Part shown: positions 57,004 to 64,000 of the stretch, one piece after another
Layout: each line of letters begins with the position of its first letter
Position numbering within the stretch: position 1 is the stretch's first letter
DNA from: an uncultured Chloroflexia bacterium
GTDB lineage: Bacteria > Chloroflexota > Chloroflexia > Thermomicrobiales > UBA6265
Direction of reading: 5' to 3'
DNA length: 64,000 nucleotides
Assembly (NCBI GenBank): GCA_963724295.1
Contig: CAVRUC010000007.1
Coordinates: 96,001-160,000, forward strand
Made by a program: the position numbers and the translations under genes
Notes under the pieces: model-generated
The model's input: only the letters and a program-made list of their open reading frames with translations
Told to the model about the DNA's origin: nothing
Database searches by the model: none

Positions 57004-57981
57004 ATGGCGATGGGCCGGCAGGGGAATGGAAGGCCGAAGGTCAGCGTGATCGGCGCTGGGATGGTCGGCGGGGCGGTCGCGCAGTATCTCGCGCTTCGCG
57101 ACTATGCCGACATCGTCCTCGTCGATATTGTCGAAGGTCTTCCCCAGGGCAAGGCCCTGGATCTGGCAGAGACGGCGCCGGTATTGGGCTATGACAGCAG
57201 CATCACCGGCGGCAACGGGTACGAGGACACTGCCGCGTCCGACGTCATCGTCATCACCTCCGGGATCGCTCGCAAGCCCGGTATGAGCCGCGATGACTTG
57301 CTGCGCACCAACATGGGTATCGTGCGCTCCGTCACCCAGCAGGCAACGCAGAAGTCACCGGACGCCGTCCTGATCGTCGTCTCCAATCCACTCGACGCGA
57401 TGTGCCATGTAGCATTCGAGACTGCGGATTTTCCACGCGAGCGAGTGATCGGCATGGCCGGGGTGCTCGACTCCGCGCGATTCCGCACCTTTATCGCGGA
57501 AGCGACCGATGTTTCAGTCGAGGACGTCAGCGCCATGGTGCTCGGTGGGCATGGCGACACGATGGTTCCGATATCGCGCTACTCGACAGTCGCCGGCGTG
57601 CCGATCACACAGATTCTGGAACCCGATCAGGTCAAAGCGCTCGAAGAGCGGACCGCCAACGGCGGCGCCGAAATCGTCTCGTTGCTGAAAACCGGGAGCG
57701 CATACCAGGCACCCGGCGCGTCGGTTGTGGAGATGGTCGATTCGATCCTCCTCGACAAGCGGCGCGTGTTGCCCTGCAGCGTCTACCTCCAGGGCGAGTA
57801 TGGAATCGATGGCTTGTTCGTCGGCGTCCCGGTAAAGCTGGGACGCGAGGGAGTGAGACAGATCATCGAGCTCTCGTTGACGGCCGAGGAGTTGGCCGCG
57901 CTCAAGAAGTCCGCGGCGGCGGTGCAGGACCTCGTCGACTCGATGGCGCGCCTCGATGCTGAGGCCGCATCAGGAGCGTAA
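57004..57981 (+). CDS. mdh: malate dehydrogenase (LDH-like)
   Basis: [33 protein letters not shown]. Confidence 0.96.
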   Translation: MAMGRQGNGRPKVSVIGAGMVGGAVAQYLALRDYADIVLVDIVEGLPQGKALDLAETAPVLGYDSSITGGNGYEDTAASDVIVITSGIARKPGMSRDDLLRTNMGIVRSVTQQATQKSPDAVLIVVSNPLDAMCHVAFETADFPRERVIGMAGVLDSARFRTFIAEATDVSVEDVSAMVLGGHGDTMVPISRYSTVAGVPITQILEPDQVKALEERTANGGAEIVSLLKTGSAYQAPGASVVEMVDSILLDKRRVLPCSVYLQGEYGIDGLFVGVPVKLGREGVRQIIELSLTAEELAALKKSAAAVQDLVDSMARLDAEAASGA

Positions 57982-58000
57982 GGCAGCAGGGGCACCCGAC

Positions 58001-59282
58001 GTGCCAGAACCGATAACGCCGCTGATCGAACGTCCCTGGGAAGACGTGGAGCGCATGCTCGACGTTGATTCCGCACTGGAGCAGGTCCTCTCGGCATTCT
58101 CGCCGCTGGAACCGATCACGTTGCCATTGCTCGACGCCGCGGACATGGTCCTGGCGGCTGACGTCGTCGCCATCAATGATGTGCCGCCGTTCCGCAACTC
58201 GGCGATGGATGGCTATGCGGTCCGGGCGGTAGACACGGCGCCCGGCCACCTGGGCGGCGCCGGTCGAGCTGCCGGTCACCGCTCACGTAGCCGCCGGCCA
58301 GTCCGACGTGCCCCGGCTTGGCTTCGGTGAGGCGATCCGGATCATGACCGGGGCGCCGCTGCCGGAGGGGGCCGACGCGGTGGTGCGCTTCGAAGAGACC
58401 GATGAATCGGGTTCTACTGGTCAGGCGGGACGAGGCAGAGTGCTCGTCTATCGCGCGGCGCGCCATCTCGACAACGTCCGCGAGGCTGGCGAGGACATCG
58501 CTTGTGGTACGTGCGTGGCCCGCCGCGGACAGGTGCTGCGGCCAACAGACCTCGGGCTGATCGCTTCGGTTGGTGAGCCGAGCGTCCGGGTCCATCGGCG
58601 CCCGGTCATTGGCGTCCTTTCGACGGGAAACGAGGTCACGCCGCCGGGTGACCGCCTGGCTCCCGGGACGATCCGTGACAGTAACTCATTCGTCATCGGC
58701 GCGCTTGCTCGTTCCTGGGGCGCGAACGTCCGTCTGCTCGGTATCGCGCGCGACTCTGTCGTGGATCTCACGGGACGACTCGACGAGGCAAGCGACGTCG
58801 ACCTGATCGTGACCTCCGGCGGCGTATCGCTGGGCGACTACGACCTGGTGAAGGATGTCCTCAAGTCCGAAGGCGAGGTCACGATCTGGCAGGTCCGCAT
58901 GAAACCGGGAAAGCCGCTGGCATTCGGACACATCGGAACCACGCTTTTGCTTGGGCTTCCGGGGAACCCGGTGGCGGCGGCGGTCAGCTTCATCGTCTTT
59001 GGTAGACCCGCGATCCGCATGATGCTCGGGCACCAGCAGACCGAGCCGCGAATGGTGGAGGTCGTGGCCGCGGAAGGGATCGACAATCGCGGTCAGCGCC
59101 GTCACTACGTGCGGGTGCGCCTGGAACCAGCCGATAGCGGCCCGCCGGTAGCTCGAATCGCCGGTGAGCAAGGAGCCGGGGTCCTCAGCTCGCTCGCCGC
59201 GGCCGATGCCCTGATGATCGTGCCCGAGTCTATGGAGCGCGTTCATCCCGGAACCCGATTGCGAGCCATCCTCCTCGACTGA
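58001..59282 (+). CDS. moeA: molybdopterin molybdotransferase (frameshift near 58245)
   Basis: [37 protein letters not shown] and LPGNP. Confidence 0.93.
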
Positions 59283-59385
59283 CACGTCCGCGATCCGCAC
59301 TGATTGCGGCAATGCCGCTAGACTCTTCCTCGCGACCACCAATAAGCCTGCAACGATTCGCTCGATAGGGATATTCGGAGGAAAC

Positions 59386-60396
59386 ATGGTGCAGAGATTT
59401 GGGGCCCTCGACTCGATGCGCACCATGCTGGGTGTCCTGCGCGAGGTCAGCCTCGACGAAATTCGGGAGCAAGCGGAAACACCGCCCCGCCTCCTCATCG
59501 TGGGACCCAACACGGATCAGGCGCGCCGCCTCGGTCTGGAGGTGACCGGTCCCGAGGGCCAATCCGCGACCGTGGTTCGGGCGGTGGATGAACCGATCGA
59601 GACGGTCGGACAGATTGACGCCGCGGTCGTCTGGGATCCGGAGAGGACTGGCGCCGGATCGCGCGTCGCAGAGGCGTTGCGTTTCGAATCGCCACCGGTT
59701 CAGATCGTTCGCTTCGAGGGATCGACACCCGAAGACTCAGACGCGATCCACCGGCTACGCGCCGATATCGTGAAGCGCAACGCGGACCGGGCGCCGGCAT
59801 TCGGTCGCGCGTGGCCGGTCTTTCGAGCCGCCGCGGCGAAGCAGGTCATCGACGAAACGGCCGCTGCCAACGCGCAGTTCTCGCTGGTGACGAACTTGCC
59901 GGCGATCTTACCGGTGATTGGGAACATCGCCGCCGCCGGCGCAGACTTCATCGTTCTGACCAAGAACCAGGTGATGATGCTCTACAAGCTTGCCGCCGTG
60001 TTCGGACGCGACCTGCGCGACCAGCGGGGAATTTTGCTTGACGTACTTCCGGTTGTCGGGGCCGGTCTGTTCTGGAGGACCGCGGCGCGCCAGGCGGCGA
60101 CCTGGTTGCCCTTTGCGGCTGGGACGATCCCCAAATTGGCGATTGCGTACGTCGGGACGATGGCGGTCGGCCGCGCGGCGGAGTTCTACTACCGCACGGG
60201 ATTGGAGCCGACGCGGTCAGAGTGGAATCAGTTCACGCGGCAAGCCGCCGAAGCGCTGCGCCAGCGCGATCTGGCCGGGCTGCGACGGGCATTCAAGAAG
60301 AACGGCGTGGACTCCGCGACCGCCGCAAATCAAGCGTCAGCGGTCATTCCCGAGATGCATCAGCCTCACGATCCGGCCTCAGGCAGTGATGCGTAG
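59386..60396 (+). CDS. DUF697/YcjF-like protein
   Basis: NAQFS...ADFIVLTKNQVMMLYKLAAVFG...IAYVGT. Confidence 0.6.
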   Translation: MVQRFGALDSMRTMLGVLREVSLDEIREQAETPPRLLIVGPNTDQARRLGLEVTGPEGQSATVVRAVDEPIETVGQIDAAVVWDPERTGAGSRVAEALRFESPPVQIVRFEGSTPEDSDAIHRLRADIVKRNADRAPAFGRAWPVFRAAAAKQVIDETAAANAQFSLVTNLPAILPVIGNIAAAGADFIVLTKNQVMMLYKLAAVFGRDLRDQRGILLDVLPVVGAGLFWRTAARQAATWLPFAAGTIPKLAIAYVGTMAVGRAAEFYYRTGLEPTRSEWNQFTRQAAEALRQRDLAGLRRAFKKNGVDSATAANQASAVIPEMHQPHDPASGSDA

Positions 60397-60408
60397 GTCG
60401 CGGGAGCT

Positions 60409-61906
60409 CTAGATAGCCCATCCGCGGGAGCGATCGACGGCGAGTCGCCACACCGCATACCGGCTCTCGCGCTCCGCTGCGCCGATCGTGGGTTCAAAGA
60501 CCCGGTCGATTTCCCACTGATCCAGCAACGTCGATTGATCGGGCCAGAGCCCGCAGCCGAGACCGGCGAGAAATGCGGCGCCGACGGCCGTTGTCTCGAC
60601 ATTTTGTGGCCGGATTACCGGGACGCCGAGGATGTCAGCCTGGATCTGCATCAGGAGCTCGTTGCGAGCCGCACCTCCATCGACCCGCAGGCTCGTCAAC
60701 CGGATCCCTGAGTCCGCGGACATGGCGTCGATGACATCGCGGGCTTGAAAGGCGATCGCTTCGAGCGTGGCGCGGGCAATATGGGCCGCCGTCGATCCGC
60801 GCGTAAGTCCGAGAATCGTTCCTCGAGCCGCGGCGTCCCAGTGGGGAGCGCCGAGCCCGGTCAACGCGGGAACGACCGTAACTCCTCCTGCGTCCGGGAC
60901 CGACGACGCGAGCAGTTCGACGTCCTGAATGGTCTCGATGATGCCGAGACCATCGCGCAGCCATTCCACAGCTGCCCCGCTGATAAAGACCGAACCCTCC
61001 AGCGCGTAGTCGACCCGCTCGCCGATCTTCCAGGCGATCGTCGAAAGCAGCTCGATGGGTCGAGCTCTTCACTTCTTCTCCAGTATTCATGAGGAGAAAT
61101 GAGCCGGTCCCATACGTGTTCTTGGCCTCTCCCGGGGCGAAGCAGGTCTGCCCGAAGAGTGCGGCCTGCTGATCGCCGGCGATCCCCGAAATGGGGATCT
61201 CGCCACCGAATAGCTCAGGCAAGGTCAGAGCGCTGACCCCCGCGCTGGCTACAACACGAGGCAGCATCCGCGGCGGGATCGCCATGTCCTGGAGGAGGTC
61301 GGTCGACCATTCGAGTGTCCGGATGTCGAAGAGCATGGTTCGGGAGGCGTTGGAGACATCGGTCGCGTGGAGGGCGCCTCCGGTCAGATTCCACAGCAGC
61401 CAGGAGTCGACCGTACCGGCAAGCAGCTCTCCGCCTTCCGCGCGCCGCCGCAGGCCGGGGTCTTCCTCGAGGAGCCAGGCGAGTTTTGATGCCGTGAAGT
61501 AGGCGTCCGGGACTAGCCCGGTCGTGCTCTGGTATATCGGCCCCATGCCCCTCGCCAGCAGAGCGTCGACTTGCGGTTGGCTCTGGCGGCTCTGCCAGAC
61601 GATCGCCGGTGACACCGCGGTGCACGTATCTCGCTCCCAGACAACGAGCGTCTCTCGCTGGTTCACGATGCCGATGCCAGCAACATCACTTCCGGACAAT
61701 CCGGCTTGATGAAGAGCGGCGCGAGCCGTCTCGAGTGTTGTCGTCCAGATTTCAGCCGCATCCTGGTTGACCCAGCCTGGACTCGGGTACAGCTGGGTCG
61801 TTGGCTGCTGGGCAACCGAGCACTCACGCGCGAGCTCGTCGAAGACCATGGCTCTGCTGGAGGTCGTTCCCTGATCGAGCGCGAGAATGTGGTTGGCGGT
61901 TCCCAT
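60409..61906 (-). CDS. glpK: glycerol kinase (frameshift near 61050)
   Basis: [34 protein letters not shown] and [20 protein letters not shown] and RVDGGA in the second frame. Confidence 0.94.
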
Positions 61907-61999
61907 CGAGCTTCAGCCTTGCCATCAATCGGTCAGTGGCCACCTGGCCGGTGACTATACTGGTCGGCTGCGCAATCTGAGGTCACTCTCGAGGAGCGT

Positions 62000-63667
62000 G
62001 TGAGCACCATCGACCGCATCGTGCTGATCGGGTTCAGCGGTACGGGCAAGACGAGCGTCGCGCGCTGCCTCGCGCAACGGCTTGGATGGTCGGCGGCCGA
62101 CTCGGACGTGGAGATCGAGCGGCAGTGGGGAGCAAGCATCCCGACGATCTTCCGGGATCATGGCGAGGCCACATTCCGCTCCAGCGAACGCGGCATCCTC
62201 GGACAGCTGCTAACTCGTGGACAGGTGGTTATAGCCACCGGCGGTGGTGCTGCGGTCGATCCTGGCGTGTGGGACGAGAATATGCTCGGCCGCGAGGGAA
62301 CGCTCGTCATCGCCCTCGACGCCTGCTCCGAGACGATACTCGCCCGGCTGCAGGAACAAGCTGTTGAAGAGGGCGAAACGGTTGAGCGACCGCTACTGGC
62401 GGGTTCTGATCCGCTCGCGCGCATTCAGGATCTCAAGGCCGGGAGGCAATCAATTTACGACCGAGCCCACCTGACAATTTCCTCGGAGGGCGTTTCGGTC
62501 GATGAACTTGCCGACGAGATTGCAGCGCTTTGTCATAATGCGGACGGTCAACCACTCAGCGTTCGCCTCGACGCAACGTCGGGGGCGTCGGACATCCGGG
62601 TTGGACCCGGCATTATTTCACGAACTGGAGAGTGGATTCGCCATCGCTGGCCGAATGCGCGGCGGGCGTGGATCGTCACGGACGGGAATGTCGGACCGTT
62701 GCATGCCGCCTCGGCCGAAGCCGGGCTGGGCGCAGCGGGGTTCGCGGTATCGACCCACGCGGTAGCTCCTGGTGAAGGAAGCAAGAGCCTTGCTACCGCC
62801 GGCGAGCTTTACAACTGGCTTCTTGGAGGCGGCGTCGAGCGAGGCGACGTCGTCGTGGCCCTGGGGGGAGGGGTTGTCGGCGATCTTGCCGGCTTTGTTG
62901 CGGCAACAGTGTTGCGTGGCATCGGCCTGGTGCAGATCCCGACGAGTCTTCTGGCGGCGGTCGACAGCAGTGTCGGGGGTAAGACGGGCATCAATCACGC
63001 GGTTGGAAAGAACCTGATCGGAGCCTTTCTCCAACCGGCCCTGGTTATCGTCGACACCAAACTCCTTCGGACCATGCCTTGCCGTGAACGTCGCTCGGGG
63101 TGGGCTGAAGTGGTCAAGCACGCCGTGATCCAGCGCTCGACGCCGGGCGGAGAACGAGCTGACCTTTCCCAGGTTCTGGCTCGCAACGCGGCGCGACTCT
63201 CGCAGCTCGAGGAGCCGACTACTTCCTACGTCGTGTGGCGGAACATCGCCCTCAAGGCAGCTGTCGTGGCGGCAGATGAGCGCGAGGCCGGAATCCGCGC
63301 ATTTCTCAACTTTGGCCATACCCTTGGTCATGCCATTGAAGCGTCAGACTACCACCTCCTGCATGGCGAAGCGGTCGCGCTTGGAATGCGAGCCGCGAGC
63401 GAGTTGGGTGTTCTGTCTGGCACATGTGCGCGTCCGGAGGTCGAGAAAATCGGGCGACTCATCGACCAGTTCGACCTTCCATCGTCCGCGGAATTGCAGG
63501 AATCGCGAGTCGTCGGCCTATTGGAAAGTGACAAGAAACGGGTCGCCGGTCGCCAGCGGTTTGTGCTACCGCTCGACGGTGGTGGCGTCGTGATTCGGGA
63601 TGACGTCGCAGTCGAAGCAGTGCGCGAAGCCCTCAGGTCCGTCAACGCCGCTCGCTCGCCCGAGTGA
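62000..63667 (+). CDS. aroKB: bifunctional shikimate kinase / 3-dehydroquinate synthase (AroK-AroB fusion)
   Basis: GFSGTGKT and ATGGG, then GGGVVGDLAGF, DSSVGGKTGIN and LNFGHTLGHAIE in one ORF. Confidence 0.93.
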   Translation: MSTIDRIVLIGFSGTGKTSVARCLAQRLGWSAADSDVEIERQWGASIPTIFRDHGEATFRSSERGILGQLLTRGQVVIATGGGAAVDPGVWDENMLGREGTLVIALDACSETILARLQEQAVEEGETVERPLLAGSDPLARIQDLKAGRQSIYDRAHLTISSEGVSVDELADEIAALCHNADGQPLSVRLDATSGASDIRVGPGIISRTGEWIRHRWPNARRAWIVTDGNVGPLHAASAEAGLGAAGFAVSTHAVAPGEGSKSLATAGELYNWLLGGGVERGDVVVALGGGVVGDLAGFVAATVLRGIGLVQIPTSLLAAVDSSVGGKTGINHAVGKNLIGAFLQPALVIVDTKLLRTMPCRERRSGWAEVVKHAVIQRSTPGGERADLSQVLARNAARLSQLEEPTTSYVVWRNIALKAAVVAADEREAGIRAFLNFGHTLGHAIEASDYHLLHGEAVALGMRAASELGVLSGTCARPEVEKIGRLIDQFDLPSSAELQESRVVGLLESDKKRVAGRQRFVLPLDGGGVVIRDDVAVEAVREALRSVNAARSPE

Positions 63668-63737
63668 ACCTGGCTCCTGGCCTCATGCTATCCTCCGGCA
63701 GTTGTGCGATTTTCCTGTTCTGGAGGCCCTGACAACG

Positions 63738-64000
63738 ATGCAACTGGCCGGCGGATCCGGGCACCCGACGTTCGTGATCAGCGGGTCGCTCGCCTTCGAT
63801 TACATCATGACGTACCCGGGATCGTTTCAGGACCACATCATTCCGGACAAAACTCATGTCCTCTCTGTCAGCTTCCTGTTCGATTCATTGCGCAGGTACC
63901 GGGGCGGCGTCGCCGGAAATATCGCCTACAACTTTGCGCTGCTCGGGGAGCGCCCGGCGCTCGTCGGCGCCGGTGGTTCTGATTTCGGGGATTACCGGGC
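63738..64000 (+). CDS. PfkB-family carbohydrate/adenosine kinase (5' part, runs off the window)
   Basis: MQLAGG...ISGSLAFDYIM.YPG.F.DHI...LSVSFL...GGVAGNIAYN..LLG. Confidence 0.85.
   Translation, partial: MQLAGGSGHPTFVISGSLAFDYIMTYPGSFQDHIIPDKTHVLSVSFLFDSLRRYRGGVAGNIAYNFALLGERPALVGAGGSDFGDYR

Noticed and set aside
62000..63667. AroK-AroB fusion as a novelty
   Set aside because: This fusion is already known in several bacterial lineages.

Overview
GC-rich bacterial chromosome segment. Gene content and protein styles suggest Chloroflexota, probably Thermomicrobiales (inference). It is mostly housekeeping: trpE-G-D-C-F, ychF, a peptide ABC transporter, T-box-controlled ileS, holB-ricT, recN, gatCA, dnaX, rsmI, rodA, an ilvBNC-leuACDB operon with an unannotated leader-peptide attenuator, greA, CIRCE-groESL, six tRNAs, mdh, moeA, glpK and an aroK-aroB fusion. 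About 14 genes, several of them essential, are split by apparent single indels, which points to uncorrected long-read errors rather than pseudogenes. The one accessory region (about 51.9-55.1 kb) lies at the 3' end of tRNA-Leu(TAA). It holds a tyrosine-integrase remnant, repeats resembling integrase arm sites, a putative PIN+HEPN-like nuclease gene, and a Tat-type secreted 12-Cys peptide whose spacing matches two tandem inhibitor-cystine-knot (knottin) frameworks. That peptide is the most novel-looking element. All calls come from reading the sequence; no database search was run.
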